A stretch of 64,000 nucleotides of DNA, taken from positions 57,346 to 121,345 of the forward strand of contig JAFNEO010000040.1 in the NCBI GenBank assembly GCA_017886205.1, in the 5' to 3' direction. Below are positions 39,460 through 49,137 of the stretch, one piece after another. The first letter of the stretch is position 1. The number at the start of each line of letters is the position of its first letter. The position numbers and the translations under genes were made by a program. The notes under the pieces were generated by a model that ran no database searches, was not told where the DNA came from, and worked only from the letters and a program-made list of their open reading frames with translations. The DNA is from Candidatus Aminicenantes bacterium (lineage in GTDB: Bacteria > Acidobacteriota > Aminicenantia > Aminicenantales > UBA8522).

Positions 39460-39532
39460 GCGCCCGTAGCTCAGTGGATAGAGCGGTGGACTTCGAATCC
39501 AAAGGTCGGGGGTTCAAATCCCTCCGGGCGCG
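39460..39532 (+). tRNA. tRNA-Arg(TCG), full length, CCA not encoded
   Basis: GCGCCCG/CGGGCGC acceptor stem, D arm, anticodon loop CTTCGAA, GGTTCAAATC T loop. Confidence 0.95.
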
Positions 39533-39746
39533 CTCCCATATTCCCCATATAAACCCCCTTATAATCAGCATTTTGCCGAGTCCGTGATTTTACCCGATTT
39601 TCCGTGATTTTCCGCTTTAGGGTGGAGCCAAAGTGGAGCCAAGTTTGGAAAATCTTATCGGAATAGTAGGGTTTAGAAACGATGACTCAAGTTGACATCC
39701 ACGCTGTTTTTATAGAAAAATATAGACTGAAACAGGAGATTGAAAG

Positions 39747-39935
39747 ATGAGCGAATTCCAACCGGGCATGGTCGTTCAATTAAAATCAGGTGGTCCCAGA
39801 ATGACCGTGAGGAGAATTGGTAGTGGAAACGTAGGCGGTGAAAACGATATCGATTGTGAATGGTTCTCCGGCGGCAAAGTTATAACGAAGAGTTTTAAGC
39901 CAGAGGTGCTTAAGGTTTTGGAAGGCCAAGAATAG
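39747..39935 (+). CDS. YodC/DUF2158 family small protein
   Basis: FQPGMVVQLKSGGPRMTV..CEWF signature. Confidence 0.85.
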   Translation: MSEFQPGMVVQLKSGGPRMTVRRIGSGNVGGENDIDCEWFSGGKVITKSFKPEVLKVLEGQE

Positions 39936-39961
39936 GATAAATTCCCTCCTGATCTGGTCGG

Positions 39962-40180
39962 CTATTCGCTCGAGGCGTCAATGTCCTGCTTAATGGTGGC
40001 GAGGAAATATTCCCTGATCTTCTTCGCGATATTTTCCCGGTCCTGTGGGCCTTGCATCTTGAGGATCAACGCAATATCTTTTTTCTCGCGTTCAGAAAGC
40101 GGCTGGTTATACTTTTTAAGGTTAAGATAGATTTCATAAAGTCGCAAGTGCTCATGTTCCCAGCCCGTTTGATCTACCAT
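39962..40180 (-). CDS. Hypothetical protein
   Basis: GGAGGAGG RBS, 72-aa ORF. Confidence 0.6.
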   Translation of the reverse strand: MVDQTGWEHEHLRLYEIYLNLKKYNQPLSEREKKDIALILKMQGPQDRENIAKKIREYFLATIKQDIDASSE

Positions 40181-40439
40181 ACTAAACCTCCTCCGTGCTC
40201 TTCTACCGGAGTATAGCATACTCTGTCCTCGAGTTCGAGCCGATATATCGTGAAGAAGCGCTCAAGCGTCATACCGGAAGACCCCCCAAAAATATCTGTA
40301 CTAAGGATACAGATATTTCAGAAACGGGCCTTTCCCGCGTCTTCATGGCCCGCGATTCCGGCCAGGGTGAGCATACTGTGCAGCGCGTTCTCTTTCAGTC
40401 CCTCCCCGGAAACGTCAATGCTTTAAATTTCAATCGGGC

Positions 40440-40769
40440 TTATTCTTTTTTAGTTTCTTCTTTATCTTCCTCTATCCTATTTCCCCATTTTTCGTATAAT
40501 GCATTTCTAATCTCATGTGACAAATCCAAATTCTGTTTATGCTCTTCCCTTTTTAATTCTAAAAATATTACTGCCAGCCATACTAATTTTTCAAGTGGCA
40601 GGTTTTTCAGAATTTTGGATTGAAGAAATTCTATTTCTTTTATGTTTTCATAATTCTTCTTATCTTCTTCATTCTTTTTTCTTTCAAGATCAAGAAGCCA
40701 ATCGGCAATTGAATCGTGTGCTCTGTGCTCTTTTAAGTCTTCAAGCAAAACAAAATATTTTTTATTCAT
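40440..40769 (-). CDS. Hypothetical protein, AT-rich, charged
   Basis: GGGGAG RBS, 109-aa ORF downstream of 40796-41683. Confidence 0.6.
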   Translation of the reverse strand: MNKKYFVLLEDLKEHRAHDSIADWLLDLERKKNEEDKKNYENIKEIEFLQSKILKNLPLEKLVWLAVIFLELKREEHKQNLDLSHEIRNALYEKWGNRIEEDKEETKKE

Positions 40770-40795
40770 TTTCTCCCCTTTTTATTTAGACTTTT

Positions 40796-41683
40796 TTAGG
40801 CTGCCCATGAAGTCATTTTATCAAAATTTTCTTTGGCCTCAAAAATAGAATAAGGAGCCATTTTTTTTATGCCTTCGAATATAAGATGCATATCCCTATC
40901 AAAGCGTTTGAACCAAAATATCCAATCTGGATTCAACGATATTTTTCTGTTTTTCTTATTCCATGCGATTAATTTTCTGAATTCTAAATAGCTCAAATAA
41001 AGTATTAAATCGTCTCTTTTAATGTGAATTTTTCTTGATATGTCTCTTTGACCGACTTCTCGGTTTTCTTTTGATAGATAGTCGAATATTTTAAATGAAT
41101 ATTTAAGAATCGGCCTAAAGATTTTATAAAATGCCCACTCGAGATTTTCTGGAGAAAGAGACCAAGCGGGCCGAAAATTGTTTTTTGGGTACCGTCTTAT
41201 AATTTCAAACATGTTTTCTAATTCGAACATAAACCAACTTATCTCAATAGGAGCAAGTATTCTCGCATTATCTCTAGCATTTATAATTCCTGATAGATTG
41301 AATCTTTTGTCGTACCTTGAGATTATCCTGAAATGTTCCCTTTCTTTCTGCATATGATTCGTCTTCCATTTTTGCCCCGTAATTCTTTCATATAATTTTA
41401 AAATATCCTCCCATTTATGAACTCGGTTTTTATTATGACTAAAAAATTTAGAGTTTTGTCTATTCTTGCTATATGAATGAACATGAGCCAACCAATAAAG
41501 GAAAAAAGAATCCTTCTCGATTCGTATTCTCTTATTTTTAGATTTAACAAAATGAAATAGGCAGGAAGGGCAGCTACAATTTTTATGAACTAGGTCATTT
41601 TGAAAATTTTCATAAGACTTTTTAAGGTCTTTCTCTGTCACTATTTTGCCATTCGAGGTGGCCACTGACTTTTCCCCTAACAC
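40796..41683 (-). CDS. Hypothetical protein, very AT-rich, possible C-terminal winged HTH
   Basis: 295-codon ORF in AT-rich DNA; CSCPSC and VGQRDISRKIHI segments; start uncertain. Confidence 0.6.
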   Translation of the reverse strand: MLGEKSVATSNGKIVTEKDLKKSYENFQNDLVHKNCSCPSCLFHFVKSKNKRIRIEKDSFFLYWLAHVHSYSKNRQNSKFFSHNKNRVHKWEDILKLYERITGQKWKTNHMQKEREHFRIISRYDKRFNLSGIINARDNARILAPIEISWFMFELENMFEIIRRYPKNNFRPAWSLSPENLEWAFYKIFRPILKYSFKIFDYLSKENREVGQRDISRKIHIKRDDLILYLSYLEFRKLIAWNKKNRKISLNPDWIFWFKRFDRDMHLIFEGIKKMAPYSIFEAKENFDKMTSWAA

Positions 41684-41699
41684 AGATTAATCTTATCAT

Positions 41700-41912
41700 A
41701 TGCTGAAAAAAATTTCAACTAAGTCACGGTTTAGAATGATTCGAATTTTGAAGGGCTTGACCCAATTCGATCTTCAAAAAAAGAGTGGGGTATCTCATTC
41801 CACGCTCAGCATGATCGAGCGAGGACACCGTGAGCCTACTAGTAAACAAAAGAAAACATTGACTCGGGTTTTAGGCGTGCCCGAGCAATCTATTTTCGGC
41901 GAGGACGAATGA
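41700..41912 (+). CDS. XRE/Cro-type HTH regulator
   Basis: GLTQFDLQKKSGVSHSTLSMIERG. Confidence 0.85.
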   Translation: MLKKISTKSRFRMIRILKGLTQFDLQKKSGVSHSTLSMIERGHREPTSKQKKTLTRVLGVPEQSIFGEDE

Positions 41913-42130
41913 CTGATTACCCGCGCCGTTTTTGGACGATCGCGCAGACGGCCGATTTTTTGCAGCTCTCAATCAAATGTATATATGCTATGGCCAGCCG
42001 CGGGAGCCTACCGGTTGTCCGGATTTGTCCGGGACGGAAGAAAGGGCTGCGGATCGATGGACGCGAGCTCGAACGGCGGCTGGAGAAGCAGATCGAGGCC
42101 GGCGCGGGAACCAAGGGGCCGCAGAGATGA
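41909..42130 (+). CDS. Excisionase/AlpA-like HTH protein
   Basis: WTIAQTADFLQLSIKCIYAMASRGSLP; ATGA overlaps with both neighbours. Confidence 0.8.
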   Translation: MTDYPRRFWTIAQTADFLQLSIKCIYAMASRGSLPVVRICPGRKKGLRIDGRELERRLEKQIEAGAGTKGPQR

Positions 42131-43521
42131 GTACGGATTATTCACGGTTGATCCTGGGCTCGCTCATTATGCGGCCAGCGCTTCTGGAATCCTCGGACAT
42201 AGGCGACGGTGATTTTCCGGATGGGTTTGACGCGAAAATCTTCCGGGCGATCACTGAGGAGTGGGAAAACAGTCGCCCGGACTGTATTGACATCAATTGC
42301 TTGACGGCCAAGATCGGCGGGAATGGTGCCCACGTCTCGAGCCTACTCGATGGGCTTGTTAAACTCGACGATCAGACCTTTGGCCGCTATCTCCTCGAAT
42401 ATAAAAAACGGAATGCGGCTCGACGGTTGGCAAAAGCCTTAAAATCAGAACTGGATATAGAGTTTAAGACGGGAGAGCTTTGCCTCGATAAGATCGTTCC
42501 GTTACTTGACGAATACAAATGCCTTGAAAATTCGGCGGCTAATTTTGTCCCGTTGTCTGAGGTTGAAGCTGCGCCGATAGTTTGGCTGTGGGAGCGGCGG
42601 ATCCCAGTCGGTATGCTAAGCCTTTTGGCTGGTGCGCCGGAAGCCGGAAAGTCATTTCTTTCACTGGCGATGGCCGCCCGACTGAGTCGCGGTGTGGCCC
42701 TGCCCGACGACGGCGGCAATCCCCGGCTGTGCTCGACGCTCGTGATAGCATCTGAAGACCCGCTTGCCCAAGCGGTAAGGCCCCGGGCCGAGGCGAATGG
42801 GGCGGACCTGAACCGAATCTTTGTTGAGAAGAGCGAATATTTCGGCGAAGACATCGGTACCGAGCTAAGGCGAATTCGACAGACCATCCGTCAGAAAAGG
42901 GATATCGGACTTATCATCGTTGACCCGCTCAATAATTTGATGCCCGGCCGAGCTAATTGGTTCCAAGATCCGAGCGTCCGCCGCGAGCTGCTTCAACCGC
43001 TCATCGAGTTGGCCGAGGGGGAGCAGGTCTCTATCCTGGGCATCGTCCATTTAACGAAGGCCGAAGACCTCGGCGCCCTGGCCCGGATCCCCGGCTCAAT
43101 GGCCTACGGGGCCGCAGCCCGTTCCGTCATCGGTGTTGGTCTAGATCCGGATGACAAGGATGAAAAGCGCCGACTAGTTGTCAGCGTCAAAATGAACTAC
43201 GCCGAGAAGCCGGACGCCGTCGCCTTCCGAATCGGTTCCGATCTTCGAGTCACGTTTGAAGACAATCCCATCCAAAATGTCAGCGCCGACGACGTCTTGT
43301 CTAAGCGTCCGGAAGATAAAGCGAGCAGATCATTCGCTGATGAATGGCTCCAAGACCAGCTCTCCAATGGTCCCGCCGAAATCCACCGCCTCGTGATCGA
43401 AGCCAAAAAGGTTGGCATAGCGGCCAGCACTCTCTACAGGATAAAAGGCCGACTCAACATCAAACATCGATCCCAAGGCTTTGGCGAATTTAAGAAGTCA
43501 ACGTGGGAGCTTTTATCATGA
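42127..43521 (+). CDS. Replication protein: DnaB-N-like domain plus AAA_25/RepA-type helicase
   Basis: Walker A GAPEAGKS, Walker B LIIVDP, HLTK, GSMAYGAAAR, C-terminal HTH-like segment. Confidence 0.85.
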   Translation: MSTDYSRLILGSLIMRPALLESSDIGDGDFPDGFDAKIFRAITEEWENSRPDCIDINCLTAKIGGNGAHVSSLLDGLVKLDDQTFGRYLLEYKKRNAARRLAKALKSELDIEFKTGELCLDKIVPLLDEYKCLENSAANFVPLSEVEAAPIVWLWERRIPVGMLSLLAGAPEAGKSFLSLAMAARLSRGVALPDDGGNPRLCSTLVIASEDPLAQAVRPRAEANGADLNRIFVEKSEYFGEDIGTELRRIRQTIRQKRDIGLIIVDPLNNLMPGRANWFQDPSVRRELLQPLIELAEGEQVSILGIVHLTKAEDLGALARIPGSMAYGAAARSVIGVGLDPDDKDEKRRLVVSVKMNYAEKPDAVAFRIGSDLRVTFEDNPIQNVSADDVLSKRPEDKASRSFADEWLQDQLSNGPAEIHRLVIEAKKVGIAASTLYRIKGRLNIKHRSQGFGEFKKSTWELLS

Positions 43522-43529
43522 AAGGACCC

Positions 43530-43647
43530 CAATATTCTCATCTTACTTTAATAATAATATTGAGAAGATTGAGAAGATTGAGAAAAATGATGTTCCCAAT
43601 ATTCTCAATTTTCCCAATTTTCTCAGGTGAGAGTAGTGAGAATATTG
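43530..43647. repeat. Iteron-like repeat cluster, putative replication origin
   Basis: ATTGAGAAR three times in tandem (43559-43585), inverted TTCYCAAT copies, flanking 11-bp inverted repeat CAATATTCTCA/TGAGAATATTG, AT-rich. Confidence 0.7.
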
Positions 43648-43971
43648 ATGGCAAAATCCCGCCCCGAGGCAGTCGTCTTCGGGCTGGATCGATACCTGGA
43701 ATTCTGGCCGGGTTTTCCCCTGGAATGCTGCGTCGCCTAAGAGCTATTATGTCAACTAGGAATCGCCGCAACTATATGATAAATCAACAACTTCCACAAA
43801 CGGGATTTTTATTATTTCTCGGGAAAAATTATCTGCCCCAAAACAGAGATTCCGTCCCGTTGTGCCTCATAAAGACGGGGGTATATCCCATTTATATGCC
43901 ATTTTTGAGGTTTTTATCCCATTTTGAGAAGGGCCGACTACGGACGCCGAGTGCAATTTTAGGGGGTTTAC

Positions 43972-44556
43972 ATGGGTGATTTGGGCTTTACCAGACAGAA
44001 GGATCCCGTCACCGGGCGGTTCCTCCCAGGCAATAAGGGCAATCAGAAGCACGGAGTCAACGTCTTTCTTCAGACAGGCAAGCTGCCCTCTGTTCGGGGC
44101 AAGCGCCTCTTGAATAAGTATTTGAGGCAGTTCGAGAAGGACCTACTGGAGGCCCTCGGGGGCTCACCTACGCCCCAGCAAGAGTGCCTAGTCCGGCAAG
44201 TGCTGAGGGCTGAGGGTGTCCTACGCCTGATAGAGATATGGCTTCAGAAGGTGCCAGCGATCAGCGGGAAGGCGTGGAAGCGGGGCTCCCTTGAATTGCA
44301 ACCCTGTCTCGCGCAGAGCTATGGATTTTTCCTCAACGTCCAGCGGCAGGCGCTTCTGGCATTGGGTTTAGACCGGAAGCCTGAACCCGGCCAGGACTTA
44401 GCAACGATTGTCGCTGAAATAGACGAGAAGGCCGCCGCTGAGAAGGCCGAGCGCGGGGCTGCTGGTCAGGAGGTCCAGGGCCAGGGCAAGGAGACGGGGG
44501 AGGGCGAGGAAAGCGATCCTGGGGCAAATGGAGGAGAAAAAGATGGAAGCCATTGA
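43972..44556 (+). CDS. Putative terminase small subunit
   Basis: N-terminal DPVTGRFLPGNKGNQKHG motif, helical core ending LALGL, typical of TerS-like proteins. Confidence 0.5.
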   Translation: MGDLGFTRQKDPVTGRFLPGNKGNQKHGVNVFLQTGKLPSVRGKRLLNKYLRQFEKDLLEALGGSPTPQQECLVRQVLRAEGVLRLIEIWLQKVPAISGKAWKRGSLELQPCLAQSYGFFLNVQRQALLALGLDRKPEPGQDLATIVAEIDEKAAAEKAERGAAGQEVQGQGKETGEGEESDPGANGGEKDGSH

Positions 44557-44803
44557 GTACCGGAAAAAAGAGATCGCGTTCACGAGCTTACGGAATTGCA
44601 TTACGTTCTGCTCGCTGGTGAACTTGCCAACGTTTAATCTTGGCAGGATCGCGAAAGTTTTTGATGTGGACGAAGGATTTCTCCGCCTTTGGCAACATCA
44701 GAACCGCGCGTTGATCAATAAGGTGCTCGGGCAGTACGGGGAAGAAATAACAGAGGAAACAAAGAAGCGATCGATGGAGGGTGAGGGGCAGGGGGGGGAA
44801 TGA
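44543..44803 (+). CDS. Hypothetical protein (HTH-like)
   Basis: GGAGA RBS; LGRIAKVFDVDEGFLRLW. Confidence 0.55.
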   Translation: MEAIEYRKKEIAFTSLRNCITFCSLVNLPTFNLGRIAKVFDVDEGFLRLWQHQNRALINKVLGQYGEEITEETKKRSMEGEGQGGE

Positions 44804-44812
44804 GGAGACAAG

Positions 44813-45112
44813 ATGAGAGAACATGAGAACGAAAGCAGACTTGTCGCCGAGTTCGACAAGAACAGCATGGAGCTGGTCAAGGTTCACTTGACCCGATGGC
44901 ACAATGTCGATTATGTGGACGTCAGAGTCTGGGTGAAGGGTGAGCCGGGCAGTTCGGGCGCTGAGCAGCCGACGACGCGGGGCATTCGGATAAGTGCCGA
45001 GCTCCTACCGGACCTGCGTTCTGCGATTGACGTGGCGATTGAGGCGCTCGAGGATGGGCCGAAAGTCGAAATCGTCCATGATGGCGCCCAGGGGAGCCGG
45101 GAGAGTCGCTGA
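44813..45112 (+). CDS. PC4/YdbC-like ssDNA-binding protein
   Basis: VKVHLTRW..YVDVRVW..PTTRGIRI signature. Confidence 0.8.
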   Translation: MREHENESRLVAEFDKNSMELVKVHLTRWHNVDYVDVRVWVKGEPGSSGAEQPTTRGIRISAELLPDLRSAIDVAIEALEDGPKVEIVHDGAQGSRESR

Positions 45113-45177
45113 TGGCGCGCGTGGGGGGCCAGAAGTCCTTGTTAACGGGCTCAAGACGGGCGATCGCGGGGAATAGG

Positions 45178-45351
45178 ATGTCCTATAAGCGCTGCCTGGT
45201 CTGCCTGGGTCCTGTGGCTAGGGGAAAGAAAATCTGTTCTCCCCGCTGCCGGCTGGTCAAGTGGGGAGCTAAGGCGCTGCTGGAGGCATACCGGGAGGGC
45301 CGCGCTGACGGCCTGCGCGATGTTATCAAAAAGCTGGGTGAGGCGGTGTAG
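45178..45351 (+). CDS. Small zinc-finger protein
   Basis: CLVC..ICSPRC. Confidence 0.55.
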   Translation: MSYKRCLVCLGPVARGKKICSPRCRLVKWGAKALLEAYREGRADGLRDVIKKLGEAV

Positions 45352-45414
45352 TGAACGTCATCGAGGCGATTTCAGGAATGATTACAAAAAAAATCAAATC
45401 GGAGGTGAAATAAA

Positions 45415-45675
45415 ATGTGTGACTATGATCCAAAAAAAGAGCTTCAATCGTGGGAAGATGCGAAAAAGGCGATGCGTTGCCCGCGTGCAAAAGAAGCGCG
45501 GGAAGCCTTATTTTTGAGCGTCCCTCAGTTCTGCCAGCTTATGGAGATTTCTGAAGGCGATTACTACGACATGGTAGCCGGCTCAAAGCAACTCTCGCTT
45601 TCAAACAAACTCTTTCTGGTCGAGGCCATCCGGATTGCGAGGGAGCGGGGCCTCATCGTTGACGAAAGAGATTAG
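45415..45675 (+). CDS. Hypothetical HTH-like protein
   Basis: GGAGGTG RBS; LSVPQFCQLMEISEGDYY. Confidence 0.55.
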   Translation: MCDYDPKKELQSWEDAKKAMRCPRAKEAREALFLSVPQFCQLMEISEGDYYDMVAGSKQLSLSNKLFLVEAIRIARERGLIVDERD

Positions 45676-45839
45676 CGGGGGCAAGCATGAGAACATTTGC
45701 CTGTCTTAGCATCATGTTTTTTCTGGCGCATTTCAACGTAAGAATTGGCCTCTTGGGGATTTTCCTGACCTTCGCTTTCCTCGTCGCCTTTTTTCAAGAT
45801 ATTAGGGAACTCATTGGCGTCAGGAAATAAAAAGTGAAA

Positions 45840-46085
45840 ATGATCGACTTTGAAATCCCCTGCCTCCGCTGTGGCCGCGTTATCAGGGGACGGAGAAGGG
45901 AAGATGAATACGGGAAGCACTTTTCTTGTAAACGATGCGGTGGCCAGTTTTCGATCACCTTTGAACTTCCGGACCTCGAGGCTGCCTTCATCGCCGGCGA
46001 GTTGCGACCAGGCATAGTCGTGAGGCGATCCAGACTGATTGAGGATAACTTCCCGGCGGCGGCAATATTTGGGAAGAGGAGTTAA
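45840..46085 (+). CDS. Small zinc-ribbon protein
   Basis: CLRCG..CKRCG. Confidence 0.55.
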   Translation: MIDFEIPCLRCGRVIRGRRREDEYGKHFSCKRCGGQFSITFELPDLEAAFIAGELRPGIVVRRSRLIEDNFPAAAIFGKRS

Positions 46086-46266
46086 AGATGGACACGAAGC
46101 AATTTGAATTGCTTTTAAAGATTTTGGGGAAGGATAAGCAGGCACAGTCGTTGCCAGGTGGCGACGGGATTAAGGATGAAACGCCCCCAAAAAGCCAGGG
46201 AGAAAAGGCGCATTTGGGGAAAACTTTTTATCAAAATTGGGTGGCGAAAACGGAGGATGGAGGCTA

Positions 46267-46641
46267 ATGATGGACGAGAGGGACTTTGGATTATTTTTAA
46301 GTGCAGTCAAAGGCAAGTCCTTGGCTGAAATTCGGGGGGCGGAGATTGAGCGAGTTTTGAAGGAATTATTGGCGGGGGAATTTGCTGAAGTGAAAGAGAC
46401 AAAATTCAAGGTCATGCTAAAGAAGCCGAGCGGTGGCGGCCTGGCTTCTATAAACAAGGTTGAGGACCAAGTTTACATCTGGGTTGACCCTGAAAATTGG
46501 AAACACAGTTTCAGTAAGGAAATAATCCGAAGTTTAATGCGCCATGAGCTGCTGCACCTTGAGCTTGGCCTCATGGACGATGCCGACCCAAGATTTAAGC
46601 AGGCGGCGAGGGAACGTGGTATCAGCATATGGAATGTTTGA
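46267..46641 (+). CDS. SprT-like zinc metalloprotease domain protein
   Basis: LMRHELLH HExxH motif followed by D..F. Confidence 0.6.
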   Translation: MMDERDFGLFLSAVKGKSLAEIRGAEIERVLKELLAGEFAEVKETKFKVMLKKPSGGGLASINKVEDQVYIWVDPENWKHSFSKEIIRSLMRHELLHLELGLMDDADPRFKQAARERGISIWNV

Positions 46642-47251
46642 AAAAAGGAGCAAAGAAGTGAAGAGGGAAAAACCGAAGGGGCAGCAGGAAGTTGTTATTT
46701 CCTACCAAAAAGGGCGGATGGTTTTCGAGGTAGGCGACCGGGAATTTTACCTGACAGAAGAAGCAGCCGGGAAACTTTTTGGGCGAAGCGTTGGAATTGA
46801 ATTCGAGCGCCTATCCGGTAAGGACGAAGATTTCGGCGGCATCAAGAGCCTGGGAAATTTTATAAAGATTGCCCGGTTGATGAGAAAAGGATTGCCGTAT
46901 TTTTCAATAGCCAAAGCTATGAATTATTCGGAACAGCAAGTCAAAGAATTTTACAACTTTGAAGTGCGAAGGCCGCGGGTAGAAGGTTTTAACGTCCAAT
47001 CGATTGAGAACGAGCGCCAGCGTCAGGCAGCCGACGAGATGGACTTCTGCCGTGAGGCACAGCGCCCTCGCGCCTTGAACGAGACCGCCGATCCGACGCC
47101 CGGGGAAAAGTTTGTCGATTTACTGCGAGTCAAAACCTTACAACGCCAGGGCAAAAAAAACGGAGAGATCGCCGATTATCTAAGTCTTGACCGGACTGCG
47201 TTTGATAGATTTCTAGAAAAGAATCGGCAGTATTTGGACTTGATTCCATGA
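46634..47251 (+). CDS. Hypothetical protein with HTH-like segments
   Basis: SIAKAMNYS and GEIADYLSL segments; overlaps upstream stop. Confidence 0.6.
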   Translation: MFEKRSKEVKREKPKGQQEVVISYQKGRMVFEVGDREFYLTEEAAGKLFGRSVGIEFERLSGKDEDFGGIKSLGNFIKIARLMRKGLPYFSIAKAMNYSEQQVKEFYNFEVRRPRVEGFNVQSIENERQRQAADEMDFCREAQRPRALNETADPTPGEKFVDLLRVKTLQRQGKKNGEIADYLSLDRTAFDRFLEKNRQYLDLIP

Positions 47252-47338
47252 GGTTAGCTTTCTCTTTCATGGATACGTTTTCCGATATGGGGGAGCTGGG
47301 TCAGCCATTCCCGGCTCCCCACTCTTAAGCGGAAGTAA

Positions 47339-48745
<1,407 letters not shown>

Positions 48746-48758
48746 TGCGAGGTAAAAA

Positions 48759-49127
48759 ATGAGAGACGTGACAGTTAAAATTGGGGGGAAGAAACGAACG
48801 CTGAAATACACTAAGGATGTTTATTATAAAGTTGGGGAGATACTGGGCAAATCATGGTTACAAGAAGAGAATTTGAGTGCTAAGGTTATTGGCGCCCTTC
48901 TATGGGCGGGCCTGCTCTGTGAGGACCCTAACCTTGATTTGGCTGAAGTGGAAAAAGCAATGGGGGAAATTAATCGAAAGAAATTAAGAAAATTACAGAA
49001 GGCGATTAAAAGAGCCTTGCTCAATTACAGTCAAAAACTGGATCAAGGCATAAAGAGGGTATCTGAAATCAGGGGTAAAGTTGATGAACTAGGGAAAACG
49101 CTTGATACCTTGAAGAAGGACATTTAA
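48759..49127 (+). CDS. Putative tail assembly chaperone
   Basis: VTVKIGGKKRTLKY..LLWAGL..EDP pattern; lies immediately upstream of the tape measure gene. Confidence 0.6.
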   Translation: MRDVTVKIGGKKRTLKYTKDVYYKVGEILGKSWLQEENLSAKVIGALLWAGLLCEDPNLDLAEVEKAMGEINRKKLRKLQKAIKRALLNYSQKLDQGIKRVSEIRGKVDELGKTLDTLKKDI

Positions 49128-49137
49128 GGAGAAAAAC

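Noticed and set aside
40195-40440. ParB-like gene fragment
   Set aside because: Weak resemblance only, no credible start, and it overlaps opposite-strand genes.
43503-43979. 158-aa ORF after rep
   Set aside because: Low-complexity translation of the iteron region; better explained as an origin.
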